62,799 nucleotides of DNA, from positions 1-62,799 of IMG/VR virus record IMGVR_UViG_3300016472_000673, one strand, 5' to 3'. The notes under the pieces were generated by a model. The model did no database searches. It saw only the letters and a list, made by a program, of their open reading frames with translations, and was not told the origin of the DNA. Of the stretch, positions 1-9,376 are shown one piece after another (the first letter of the stretch is position 1; every line of letters starts with the position of its first letter). A program made the translations under genes and the position numbers. Origin of the DNA: a virus. Lineage: Duplodnaviria > Caudoviricetes.

Positions 1-182
1 TGCAACTCAAAATTAAAACCCCAGACATAGAATTAGAGTATACAGATGAATATAGTATAATAGAAGAAGCAGCTAAGAAACGTATACTAGAAATTATTAA
101 CCAGTTATATACACATCATCAAACGAATAGTAAAATAGATACTGTATCTCCTTATGATGTACTTGATGCAATGAAAAAATAA
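1..182 (+). CDS. Small hypothetical protein (~60 aa), 5' end cut by the window edge
   Basis: Open frame (a)tg caa ctc aaa ... aaa aaa taa = MQLKIKTPDIELEY...DAMKK*; ends 3 nt before the polymerase ORF; absent from the ORF track. Confidence 0.6.
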   Translation, partial: QLKIKTPDIELEYTDEYSIIEEAAKKRILEIINQLYTHHQTNSKIDTVSPYDVLDAMKK

Positions 183-185
183 ATT

Positions 186-1073
186 ATGACTGACTATATT
201 ATAACTAGCGACACAGATTCTCTATTTATCCATGTCAAAGACCTACTATTACATCGATACCCAGATTTAGATTTAGCAGATAAGGATAAAGTGATTCCAT
301 TAATACTAGAAATAGCAGTTGAATTACAAGAAGTTGCTAATAAATTTATCGGAGATTTTGCTCAAAATGCTTTTAATATTCAAGAACGTCCTTATTACTT
401 TGAATTAAAACAAGAAGTAGTTATTGAAAGAGGTTATTTCGCAGGTAAACGTCGTTATGCAATGTACATTGTAAACAAAGAAGGTGTTGCTGCTGATGAG
501 ATGATAATGATGGGTCTTGATTTGATGAAATCAAATATGACACCTCTATATTCTGAATTTGGTGAAGGATTACTTAAAGATATTATGTTTGGTAAACCTA
601 AAACCAAAATAGACCAGAAAATAATTGATTTTAAAAAGTATGTTAAAACAATGCCTATTGAAGAAATAGCTAAGCCTACAGGAGTAAAACAAATTGAATC
701 ATATATTGAACGTGCTCCTAAAGCAGGTGAAATATTCTCAACACTAAAATTAAAATGTCCTATTAATACTAAAGCAGCTATATACTATAACGACTTACTT
801 AAATTTAAAAAAGTACATAAACAATACCCATTGTTTACTGCTGGCGATAAAATGAAATATATTCAACTTAAAACAAATCCATATAATGTAGATGTAATTG
901 GATTTACAGGTAATGATCCGGATTTTATTGTTGAATTAATTGATAAGTTTGCTGATAGAGAGGAAGGATTTGAATCAACTCTATTAAATAAATTAAAAAG
1001 TATTTATGAAGATTTAGGATGGTCATTTCCTTCATTAAATGAAATAGTAAATAAGTATTTTCGATTTGTTTAG
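186..1073 (+). CDS. Family B DNA polymerase, C-terminal part (motif C, palm, thumb)
   Basis: SDTDS (motif C) at residues 8-12, KRRYA and GLDLMKS motifs; no motif A, motif B or exonuclease domain. Confidence 0.9.
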   Translation: MTDYIITSDTDSLFIHVKDLLLHRYPDLDLADKDKVIPLILEIAVELQEVANKFIGDFAQNAFNIQERPYYFELKQEVVIERGYFAGKRRYAMYIVNKEGVAADEMIMMGLDLMKSNMTPLYSEFGEGLLKDIMFGKPKTKIDQKIIDFKKYVKTMPIEEIAKPTGVKQIESYIERAPKAGEIFSTLKLKCPINTKAAIYYNDLLKFKKVHKQYPLFTAGDKMKYIQLKTNPYNVDVIGFTGNDPDFIVELIDKFADREEGFESTLLNKLKSIYEDLGWSFPSLNEIVNKYFRFV

Positions 1074-1096
1074 GCAAAATATAAATCTTATATTTA
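1073..1096 (+). promoter_or_regulatory. Class I repeated upstream element GGCAAAA-N9-TATATTTA (representative copy)
   Basis: Recurs about 40 times directly upstream of start codons, oriented with the gene. Confidence 0.75.
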
Positions 1097-1100
1097 AATT

Positions 1101-1832
1101 ATGGAAAAACAATTACTACTCTCAGTTATTGAAAAGTATTACCTGAATGGAATACATGAAAAAGTAAAGTGGATAATTAAAGATGAAAAAGTACAAATAC
1201 AATTTACTTCACCTACAATGGATTTATGTGGCGTAGTAGAAGCTCCTGAATTTGAAATTAATGATTGTGTTTTAGGAATATACGACACAAATAAATTGCT
1301 TAAATTAGTAAGTATTACAAATCAATTTATAGCATTAAATACTGAAACACGTAATAATGTTACTACTAAATTACTAATAGCAGATAATGAATATGACTTG
1401 ACTTATCATCTTGCTGATCTAAGGATGATACCTATTGAAACGATGGTATTAGATGAAAGTCAAGTTACATTTGATTACTCGTTTGATATTGATAAAGAAC
1501 TAACTGATCGTTATATTAGAGCTAAAAAAGCACTAGGTAGTGATGAAGTTAAAATTCAAGCATCGTATAGTGAAGAACAAGAAAAAAATATTTATTTTAC
1601 TTTAGGTGGTAAAACATCACACGATGATAAAATTGACTTCTATACGTTAGCTAGTGAAATGACATTACCGTCTTCTGCATTTATATACAACGCCAACTAT
1701 ATTCAAGAAATATTTGTTGAAAATAAAGGAGCAACAGGTCATGGTTGGTTTGACGAGAACGGAATTCTAAAATTAGAATTCATAGACGAAAGAAATATTA
1801 AAAGTATATATTATCTTCCTCCAAAGGAATAA
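1101..1832 (+). CDS. Sliding clamp (T4 gp45-like)
   Basis: 243 aa, LGIYDTNKLLKLV motif, lies between polymerase and clamp loader. Confidence 0.7.
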   Translation: MEKQLLLSVIEKYYLNGIHEKVKWIIKDEKVQIQFTSPTMDLCGVVEAPEFEINDCVLGIYDTNKLLKLVSITNQFIALNTETRNNVTTKLLIADNEYDLTYHLADLRMIPIETMVLDESQVTFDYSFDIDKELTDRYIRAKKALGSDEVKIQASYSEEQEKNIYFTLGGKTSHDDKIDFYTLASEMTLPSSAFIYNANYIQEIFVENKGATGHGWFDENGILKLEFIDERNIKSIYYLPPKE

Positions 1833-1844
1833 TATTTATATACG

Positions 1845-2371
1845 AGATACTTGACAGGTCTCACGTTACGAATTATTAATTAACCCGCTCACCTTAGGGG
1901 AGCACAAAAGTGAACATTATGACACAATTAAATTGGAACAACACTTGGACGTATGATCCATTTGACATTGTTTGGAAAAATTTATTCGAACCAAACAGTA
2001 CATTCAATACTTTTAAAGAAAAAATCAACCATCCAGTTGATATTTACGAAACAGAAGAAGGTTTACGATTTGAACTTGCAGTAGTAGGTCTTAACAAAGA
2101 AGATATCGACATCCAAGTAGATGGAGATACACTTAGAATTAAACATGAAAAAGTAAGTCAAGATATTCCTCTTGACAAATATCTACAAAAAGGAATTGCT
2201 CGCCGTTCATTTGATTTAGCTTGGAAAATTTCATCTAAACTCGATTTAGGTAAATTAAATGCTAAATTAGATAAAGGATTGCTCACTATTGATATTCCTT
2301 ATTCGGCAGAAAAAGCACCTAAAAAGGTAGATATTAAATAAGTTTTGAAGGCAAGAGACCTGTCAGTATCT
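1845..2371. repeat. 17-bp inverted repeat pair bracketing hsp20 (1845-1862 and 2355-2371)
   Basis: agatacTtgacaggtctc versus gagacctgtcagtatct: reverse complements except for one bulged T. Confidence 0.85.
1910..2341 (+). CDS. hsp20: Small heat-shock protein Hsp20 (IbpA-like); start may be ATG 1919
   Basis: PVDIYE, GIARRSF, LDKGLLTI and C-terminal VDI motifs of the alpha-crystallin domain. Confidence 0.93.
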   Translation: MNIMTQLNWNNTWTYDPFDIVWKNLFEPNSTFNTFKEKINHPVDIYETEEGLRFELAVVGLNKEDIDIQVDGDTLRIKHEKVSQDIPLDKYLQKGIARRSFDLAWKISSKLDLGKLNAKLDKGLLTIDIPYSAEKAPKKVDIK

Positions 2372-2391
2372 TTAATTTATAAATAAATGTT

Positions 2392-2664
2392 ATGACACAG
2401 AAAAAAATAAATGCAACAGATGCTCCTCTTGAAGGAGCCATTGAATGGTTCTGGAAGCAACTACCAGAGATTCTACCATATACAGTTGATACAGAAACTG
2501 CTATGAAATTGTTAGACGCTTATGAAAGAGCTAAACAAACTCAAAAGCATATGGTGATGCATGCTTACAACTATGGATTTGATGATGGTGTGTATATGCC
2601 ACCTTCTAGTCTTGTAGACAATGCTGATGAAAACTTTTACAATCAATTCTATGGAACAGAATAA
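2392..2664 (+). CDS. Hypothetical protein (AVEW-type small phage family)
   Basis: GAIEWFW near N-terminus, FYNQFYG at C-terminus. Confidence 0.6.
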   Translation: MTQKKINATDAPLEGAIEWFWKQLPEILPYTVDTETAMKLLDAYERAKQTQKHMVMHAYNYGFDDGVYMPPSSLVDNADENFYNQFYGTE

Positions 2665-2869
2665 ACAACAAACAGCAGTAGAATGGTTTATTTCTAAATT
2701 ACCGACCAGATACAAGAATGCAATTATGAATGATTGCAAAGATGAGATTATGCAAGCCAAAGAAATGGTGAAAGAAAGAGAACACGAACTAAAACAATTA
2801 TGGTTTGGTCGAGGTATAGTAGCCGCCAAAGAGGATAAAATCAGTGAATTAAAACCAAAAAGGGAATAA
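2651..2869 (+). CDS. Hypothetical protein (TAVEW family); start moved to ATG 2651
   Basis: MEQNKQQTAVEWF; short overlap with the upstream stop. Confidence 0.6.
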   Translation: MEQNKQQTAVEWFISKLPTRYKNAIMNDCKDEIMQAKEMVKEREHELKQLWFGRGIVAAKEDKISELKPKRE

Positions 2870-2889
2870 ACCAAACTAAAACAAAACTT

Positions 2890-3132
2890 ATGAAAAGATT
2901 TCTTAGTGACATGTCTGTTTTCTTGTTTCTTGTGATATTCACAATATTATTGTTCACAGCAGGACTTTATTGTGAGAGCAAAAAAGACCCATACGAAGAA
3001 GGTATGCATTGGGATTATAGTATTCATTGTGAAAATGGGTACGTGTACAAAACGATGAATAAGGTCAAGGGTACAATTCAAGTTTTCAATAGTGATGGAA
3101 CACCATTGAAATGTGGTCAAAAAATATATTGA
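2890..3132 (+). CDS. Membrane-anchored hypothetical protein
   Basis: N-terminal hydrophobic helix followed by a Cys-containing domain. Confidence 0.6.
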   Translation: MKRFLSDMSVFLFLVIFTILLFTAGLYCESKKDPYEEGMHWDYSIHCENGYVYKTMNKVKGTIQVFNSDGTPLKCGQKIY

Positions 3133-3235
3133 GAATTTCTATCACCAAAAAAGAATTGGTGGATGCGTTGGATAATGAAGTGTCAGGTATTCATGCAATA
3201 TATTGGAATAAAGTGATACAAGAAATAGAAAAATT

Positions 3236-3526
3236 ATGAAAATAAAACCATTACATAATCACATTGTGATTAAACAACAAGATGAAACTGAAACAATGTA
3301 TGGAAACATTGTAGTACCTGATTTAGGAAAAGAAAAAGCTATGTTGGGAGAAGTAATAGCTATTGGGCCCGGAATGATAGGACTAAATGGAAATTTAATT
3401 CCCAATACATTAAAAGTAGGACAGCAAGTTACATTTCCTGCTTTTGGAGGACAACGTATTAGTATAAAAGGTGAAGAATATCTTATATATAAAGAACAAG
3501 ATATATTTGCTGTAATAGAAGATTAA
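3236..3526 (+). CDS. groES: Co-chaperonin GroES
   Basis: MKIKPLHNHIVI, GEVIAIGPG, EYLIYKEQDIFAVI. Confidence 0.95.
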   Translation: MKIKPLHNHIVIKQQDETETMYGNIVVPDLGKEKAMLGEVIAIGPGMIGLNGNLIPNTLKVGQQVTFPAFGGQRISIKGEEYLIYKEQDIFAVIED

Positions 3527-3567
3527 AGCCGTTTTTACTTTCTTGTATCTGGTGTATATTTATTGAT

Positions 3568-4221
3568 ATGAATAATATATCTGGAATATATAAAATAACA
3601 AATCCTGAAGGAAAAGTATATATTGGACAATCTTCTAGTATTGAGAAACGTTGGAAAACCTATAAAAGATTAGAAGATGTAAAAACACAACCTAAATTGT
3701 ATGATTCTTTAAAAAAGTACGGATGGCAAAATCATAAATGGGAAGTGTTAGAAGAGTGTAATGATAAAAATTATAAAGAAGAATATTATATTTCATTATA
3801 TGATTCATATAATAATGGTTTAAATAGTAGTATTAAAAGTAAAGGACCTTCATTTCAAACTAATGAAACAAAACAAAAAATAGGATTAAAAAACAGAAAA
3901 CCTAAACCAAATAGTGGAGGAAAAGGTAAACCAAAACCTCCTCGTACTAATGAACATAAACAAAATATTAGTAAATCTTTAAAAGGATATAAACAAACCG
4001 AACAGCATATATTAAACAAAATTAAATCTTTAAAAGGAATAAAAAGATCTGGTAAAATTGTTCTTCAATATGATTTGCAAGACAATTTTATAAAAGAATG
4101 GGAAACAGCGAAGCAAGCATGTTTATTTTATAATCCTAAAGATTTAAACGGAATAAGTGCTTGTTGCTTAGGTAAACAAAAAACAGCCTTTGGTTATAAA
4201 TGGAAATATAAAATAATATAA
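3568..4221 (+). CDS. Free-standing GIY-YIG homing endonuclease with NUMOD3/NUMOD1 tail, between groES and groEL
   Basis: GIYKITN..VYIGQS; C-terminal QYDLQDNFIKEW..KTAFGYKWKY. Confidence 0.9.
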   Translation: MNNISGIYKITNPEGKVYIGQSSSIEKRWKTYKRLEDVKTQPKLYDSLKKYGWQNHKWEVLEECNDKNYKEEYYISLYDSYNNGLNSSIKSKGPSFQTNETKQKIGLKNRKPKPNSGGKGKPKPPRTNEHKQNISKSLKGYKQTEQHILNKIKSLKGIKRSGKIVLQYDLQDNFIKEWETAKQACLFYNPKDLNGISACCLGKQKTAFGYKWKYKII

Positions 4222-5835
4222 ATGAGTAAAATAATTAAATTTGATAGGGAAGCAAAAGAAAAACTACAGGACGGTATTAAAAAAGTATATGATGCTGTAA
4301 CTGTAACAATGGGTCCTTTTGGACGTAATGTATTGATTGAGAAAGAACATGGACAAATAGTATCAACTAAAGATGGTGTTAGTGTTTCCAAGACAATTAC
4401 ATTAGAAGATCCAATTGAAAATATGGGTGCTACTGTAATTAAGCAAGCAGCACAAAAAACAGTTGATCAAGCAGGTGATGGCACAACAACATCAACGTTG
4501 TTGGCTTATAATATTGCTAATCAAGCACTTGAAGCAACATCAAAACCATCAGTTAATGTTACTCAAGTAAAGTATGGTATTGAAGCAGCTGTTAAAGCAG
4601 TAATTAATGAATTAAAAGAAATATCAATAGATATTACTGATGAAAAGCAAATTAAACAAATTGCTACATTATCGGCTAATGGTGATGAAGAAATAGGTGA
4701 GCTAGTAGCTACTGCTATTGATAAAGTAGGAAGAGATGGTATTGTAACTGTTGAAGAGTCACGCTCCGGTGAAACATCACTCGAAGTAGTAGAGGGACTT
4801 CAATTTGATCGTGGTTATAAGTCACCATATATGGTGACAGATAACAATACAATGCAATCTGTTCTCAACGATGCTTTGATTTTATTGTATGATGGTCGTT
4901 TAAGTGCTGTAAAAGATCTATTACCTGTACTCGAACGCGTATCACAAGAAAATAAAGCATTACTTATTATTGCTGAAGATATTGATGGTGAAGCACTTTC
5001 AACACTCATTGTAAATAAAATGAGAGGTATATTGAAAGTAGTAGCTGTTAAAGCACCTGACTTTGGTGAACGTAGAACATTAATTTTAGAAGATATTGCT
5101 GTTGTAACTGGTGGTACTGTAATTTCACCTCAAAAAGGTATGAAATTAGAACGCTTTAACATGGAATGGTTCGGTAAAGCAAGAACTATTACTGTAGGTA
5201 AAGATACTACTACTATTGTAGATGGTAAAGGTGAAGCTGAAAAAATTGACGCTCGTGTTGATGAATTAAAGTCTCAAATCGATAATGCAAATTCACCTTA
5301 TGAAGTTGAACGTTTACAAGATCGTTTAGCAAAAATGATTGGTGGTGTAGCTATTATTAATGTAGGTGGAGGTACTGAAGTTGAAATGAAAGAGAGAAAA
5401 GATCGTATTGACGATGCACTTCAAGCAACTAAAGCTGCACTCGAAGAAGGTATTGTAGCTGGTGCTGGTATGGCATTATTCAATAGCAGAAACGCTATTA
5501 GTAATAGAGATAGTAGCGATTTTGGATTAGGAGGTAGAATAGTATTCAAAGCATGTTCTGCTCCGCTTAATAAAATCCTGTCTAATGCTGGTGAAGACTA
5601 TTACGAATGGATTTCAGTTTTAAAAGAAGAAAATGCTGTACCTGATATTATAGGAGAAAGAACAGTTAATGCTTTTAAATCAGGTATTATTGATCCTACT
5701 AAAGTAGTACGCTGTGCTCTTGAAAATGCAGCTGCAGCTGCAGTTACATTGCTAATGACAGAAGCAGTAATACATGACAAACCATCTGAGAAGAAAAAGA
5801 CAGATGATTTTGGGATGGCAAATTTAGAAATGTAA
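4222..5835 (+). CDS. groEL: Chaperonin GroEL
   Basis: GDGTTT, EGLQFDRGY, KAPDFGERR, GIIDPTKV. Confidence 0.98.
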   Translation: MSKIIKFDREAKEKLQDGIKKVYDAVTVTMGPFGRNVLIEKEHGQIVSTKDGVSVSKTITLEDPIENMGATVIKQAAQKTVDQAGDGTTTSTLLAYNIANQALEATSKPSVNVTQVKYGIEAAVKAVINELKEISIDITDEKQIKQIATLSANGDEEIGELVATAIDKVGRDGIVTVEESRSGETSLEVVEGLQFDRGYKSPYMVTDNNTMQSVLNDALILLYDGRLSAVKDLLPVLERVSQENKALLIIAEDIDGEALSTLIVNKMRGILKVVAVKAPDFGERRTLILEDIAVVTGGTVISPQKGMKLERFNMEWFGKARTITVGKDTTTIVDGKGEAEKIDARVDELKSQIDNANSPYEVERLQDRLAKMIGGVAIINVGGGTEVEMKERKDRIDDALQATKAALEEGIVAGAGMALFNSRNAISNRDSSDFGLGGRIVFKACSAPLNKILSNAGEDYYEWISVLKEENAVPDIIGERTVNAFKSGIIDPTKVVRCALENAAAAAVTLLMTEAVIHDKPSEKKKTDDFGMANLEM

Positions 5836-5854
5836 ATTTAATTAAATAAAGTTT

Positions 5855-6775
5855 ATGAAACAGCATTCTCTTTGGATTGAACGTTACCGCAGTCAAACAT
5901 TAGATGAATATATAGGTAATAACCAATTAAAAAAAAGAATACAAAAATGTATAGATGATAATGATATACCCCATTTTATTTTAGCCGGGTGTGCTGGGGT
6001 TGGCAAAACAACGCTTGCTAAACTAATTGTTAAAAATATAAATTGTGATTATCTCTATATTAATGCTAGTGATGAGAATGGTATTGATATGATTAGAGAT
6101 AAAGTTAAAACATTTGCTTCTACATCTACATTTAAACCACTTAAAGTAGTTATTCTAGATGAAGCAGATTTCTTAACCCAACCAGCACAAGCTGCACTTA
6201 GAAATCTAATTGAAGAATATTCAATTACTACTCGTTTTATTCTTACTTGTAATTATATTGAACGCTTAATTGAACCACTTCAATCACGTTGTGAAGTTCA
6301 TAAACTAACTCCTCCATCTAAGGGTGATGTTGCAAGACATGTTTGTACTAGTATTCTTGATGTTGAAGGCGTTGAATATGATATTAAAGATGTAGCTTTA
6401 CTAATTAAAGAGTATTATCCTGATGTACGCTCTATAATTAAGAACTTACAAGCCGGCGTTGTAGATGGAAAATACCAATGGATTTCATTGAATATTAATT
6501 GGATGAAAAAGTTGATAGAAATACTTAAACAACGAGATAATAAAGCTTGGTATGATATTCGTCAACTTATAGCTGATGAACAAGTAGACGATTTTCAAGT
6601 AGTTTTTAGATATATGTTTGATAACCTAAGCGAATTTAGCTATGGAAACGATGCTCAAGTATCAGTTATACTAGATGAATATAGCTGGAGAGCAAATGTA
6701 GTACCTGATAAAGAAATAAACTTTATGGCATCAATAAGCAGAATATTAGATACAATTAAAAAACAAGTAATATAA
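5855..6775 (+). CDS. Clamp loader large subunit (RFC / T4 gp44-like AAA+)
   Basis: WIERYRS, Walker A GCAGVGKT, LDEAD, LQSRC. Confidence 0.95.
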   Translation: MKQHSLWIERYRSQTLDEYIGNNQLKKRIQKCIDDNDIPHFILAGCAGVGKTTLAKLIVKNINCDYLYINASDENGIDMIRDKVKTFASTSTFKPLKVVILDEADFLTQPAQAALRNLIEEYSITTRFILTCNYIERLIEPLQSRCEVHKLTPPSKGDVARHVCTSILDVEGVEYDIKDVALLIKEYYPDVRSIIKNLQAGVVDGKYQWISLNINWMKKLIEILKQRDNKAWYDIRQLIADEQVDDFQVVFRYMFDNLSEFSYGNDAQVSVILDEYSWRANVVPDKEINFMASISRILDTIKKQVI

Positions 6776-7131
6776 TGAGTGGAGGACGCTTTAACTACGA
6801 TCAATATAAGATTGGGTATATTGCTGATGAAATTGAGAAATGGATTGAAAAGAACGGCAAACCTAAAACAAGAAAGGAATTAGCGGACGAGCCTTATTTT
6901 GGAGCAGATTATTACAAGGAATTTCCCGAGGCTCTCAACCACTACGAATACCCCGATGAAGTGATTAAGAAGTTTAAGGAAGCCGTCGACGTACTTAGAA
7001 GAGCAGAAATTTATGCACATAGAGTGGATTGGCTATTAAGCGGTGATGATGGTGAAGAAAAATTTCTAGAAAGACTAAATAAAGAACTTAATGAACTAAA
7101 TAAAAAACATACAAATGGAACAACAGTTTAA
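6775..7131 (+). CDS. Hypothetical phage protein
   Basis: MSGGRFNY and RVDWLLSGDDGE motifs; translationally coupled. Confidence 0.7.
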   Translation: MSGGRFNYDQYKIGYIADEIEKWIEKNGKPKTRKELADEPYFGADYYKEFPEALNHYEYPDEVIKKFKEAVDVLRRAEIYAHRVDWLLSGDDGEEKFLERLNKELNELNKKHTNGTTV

Positions 7132-7348
7132 TGTAAATATTACATTAGATAAAACAACAGGTATTGCCTGTGATGAATGTAGTAATGAAACTTTTCAAGA
7201 AGGATTTATGCTTCGAAAAGCATCTCGTTTCGTAACAGGCACAGCTCAGGATACTCTTATTCCTATTTCTATGTTTGTCTGTACTAAATGCGGTCATGTA
7301 AATGAACAATTTATACCTATGCAATTAAGAAGTCAAGATAATGTTTAA
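7115..7348 (+). CDS. Zinc-ribbon protein
   Basis: CDEC and CTKC pairs. Confidence 0.7.
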   Translation: MEQQFNVNITLDKTTGIACDECSNETFQEGFMLRKASRFVTGTAQDTLIPISMFVCTKCGHVNEQFIPMQLRSQDNV

Positions 7349-7595
7349 TATATTTAAAATAAATAAAATGAAAAAAGAACAACAAGAACAAATGGAACAA
7401 GAGATTGTTCAACTTAGGCAATATGTAGTTAATTTAAATGAAGAGAAAAAAGCATTGGCTGCTCAACTTAATGCTGCTGCAGAACGAATGCAAGCATTAA
7501 GTGGAATGATTACTAGTTTAGAAGAAGAACTAAATTATCGTAGAGCACAAGAACAAGCTAAAAACAAATATAACGACGATTCAAGAAATTATTAA
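7341..7595 (+). CDS. Coiled-coil hypothetical protein
   Basis: Q/E/L-rich heptad pattern. Confidence 0.6.
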   Translation: MFNIFKINKMKKEQQEQMEQEIVQLRQYVVNLNEEKKALAAQLNAAAERMQALSGMITSLEEELNYRRAQEQAKNKYNDDSRNY

Positions 7596-7603
7596 TTTAA
7601 TAA

Positions 7604-7996
7604 ATGGCTGCTACTATTTTTAATATAATAAAAAGAATAACTACCACTAAAGATAATTGGTGTGATATTCCTGAGGAAGAAAAAAATACATTTAATAATT
7701 GGATGTGTAATAGAATACTTTCAATGGATCCTGATTATTGTGAAGTGGTTAATGTAGTACAAAAAAATACATTTATAATGAAAGGAGAACATCTTTATAA
7801 TCTATATAAAGATCTTATTCCTAAACAATATAAGTATCTTAAATACATTAAAGCTAAAAATAAAAAGGAATATAAAGTAGAGCAAGTAGAAGCTATATCT
7901 CAATATTTTGAAATCAGTAAAAAAGAAGCTAAAGAATATATTGATATGCTTTCTAAAGAAGAAATAGAAAATATAATGTTACAAATCAATGGATAA
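7604..7996 (+). CDS. Probable clamp loader small subunit (T4 gp62-like)
   Basis: FNNWMCNRILSM and YFEISKKEAKEYIDML pattern; near the large subunit. Confidence 0.7.
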   Translation: MAATIFNIIKRITTTKDNWCDIPEEEKNTFNNWMCNRILSMDPDYCEVVNVVQKNTFIMKGEHLYNLYKDLIPKQYKYLKYIKAKNKKEYKVEQVEAISQYFEISKKEAKEYIDMLSKEEIENIMLQING

Positions 7997-8204
7997 ATTA
8001 GATTCAATCGTTACTTCAATTATAACACAGTTTAAAGAAAGATCACTTAAAGGTAAAGCAAAATACGGTGTTGATTTAGATCGTACCGATTTATCTTTAC
8101 TAGAATGGATTGAGCATGCAAAACAAGAGCATATGGATGCTATCTTGTATTTGGAAAAAATTAAACAAGAATATATAAGTGGCAGCCAAGAAAAAATTAT
8201 CTGA
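7989..8204 (+). CDS. Conserved phage protein, possible all-alpha nucleotide pyrophosphatase fold
   Basis: GKAKYG..HAKQEHMDAILYLEK. Confidence 0.5.
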   Translation: MDKLDSIVTSIITQFKERSLKGKAKYGVDLDRTDLSLLEWIEHAKQEHMDAILYLEKIKQEYISGSQEKII

Positions 8205-9114
8205 AATTGAGTTGAAGATTAAAAATCATCAACTTCCAGAAATAAATTATCAATATAGTCGTACTGTATCTTATTCTCAATACTCAATGTGGGCTAAGTG
8301 TCCACATCAGTGGTATCTTACTTATGTAGAGAACAAACAACCATATCAAGCATCTATTCATACTGTATTTGGAACAGCATTCCATGAAACACTTCAAGAA
8401 TATATTACTACAATGTATAATATTAGTGGAGCAGCAGCGGATAAGATGGATTTAGAAGCTCTATTTCAAGAACGCTTTAGAAAAGTATACGCTGAGGAGT
8501 ATAAAGCAGCAGGTAATCATTTTACTACTGCGGGAGAAATGGGTGAGTTTTTTGATGATGGTATTACTATGTTAAGTTGGATTAAAAAGAATAGAAATAA
8601 ATTATTTACTATTCGAAAAGTAAAATTACTAGGTATAGAATTACCTTTAATTTTAAAAATAGCAAACAATATCTACTACAAAGCATTTATTGATTTTGCT
8701 TTATATGATGAAGAATTAAATAAAATATATATTTATGACATTAAAACGTCAACTCGTGGATGGAGTGATTACGAGAAAAAAGACAGTAAAAAAACTGCTC
8801 AAATCTTACTTTACAAAGAATATTTCTCCAGACAATATGGATACGACGTTGAACAAATCGAAGTTGAATTCTTCATCGTTAAGCGAAAAATCTATGAAAA
8901 CACTGAATACTCAATTCCCCGAGTTCAATCTTTTAAACCAGCAAGCGGAAAAATCAAACGAAAAGAAGCAATAGATAACTTTAATTCATTTGTACAAGAT
9001 TGTTTTGATGAGTTTGGAAAACCACAAATAAAATTATACCTTAAAAATGTAGGCGAAAGTAATTGCAAATGGTGTCCCTACAGTGATAAACCTGAACTTT
9101 GTAATAAAAATTAA
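8179..9114 (+). CDS. PD-(D/E)XK nuclease (RecB/Cas4-like)
   Basis: SYSQ..CP, GTAFHE, IDF..YDIKT, QILLY, C-terminal CKWC..C. Confidence 0.88.
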   Translation: MAAKKKLSEIELKIKNHQLPEINYQYSRTVSYSQYSMWAKCPHQWYLTYVENKQPYQASIHTVFGTAFHETLQEYITTMYNISGAAADKMDLEALFQERFRKVYAEEYKAAGNHFTTAGEMGEFFDDGITMLSWIKKNRNKLFTIRKVKLLGIELPLILKIANNIYYKAFIDFALYDEELNKIYIYDIKTSTRGWSDYEKKDSKKTAQILLYKEYFSRQYGYDVEQIEVEFFIVKRKIYENTEYSIPRVQSFKPASGKIKRKEAIDNFNSFVQDCFDEFGKPQIKLYLKNVGESNCKWCPYSDKPELCNKN

Positions 9115-9118
9115 ATAA

Positions 9119-9307
9119 ATGATTAATTACGCTCACGTTATAGTAGATTTACAAGCTGGAGATACAGGTATGAGACTTTATAATAATGATAAATTATTAT
9201 CATTTAATAATACAGAAGATTTTAAAAGTTATGTTATAGATAATATAAAAACTAATTGTCCTTTAGTAAATAATATTATCTTTAGTATGACTCCTTTTGA
9301 TATATGA
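9119..9307 (+). pseudogene. Adenylosuccinate synthetase-like N-terminal remnant fused to unrelated sequence
   Basis: VIVDLQAGDTG resembles the PurA P-loop (Q-x-GD-x-GKG) but stops before KGK. Confidence 0.55.
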
Positions 9308-9376
9308 TGCGGTTTTTTTATATTTTATATATATTTATGGGAGGATATATTATTATCTAATACATAAATATATAAT

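Noticed and set aside
3130-3239. Possible gene before groES (..YWNKVIQEIEKL*)
   Set aside because: No convincing start; probably a 5'-truncated remnant, too short to support
9119-9169. PurZ / Z-genome system
   Set aside because: Only a 17-codon remnant, with Asp rather than Ser in the motif
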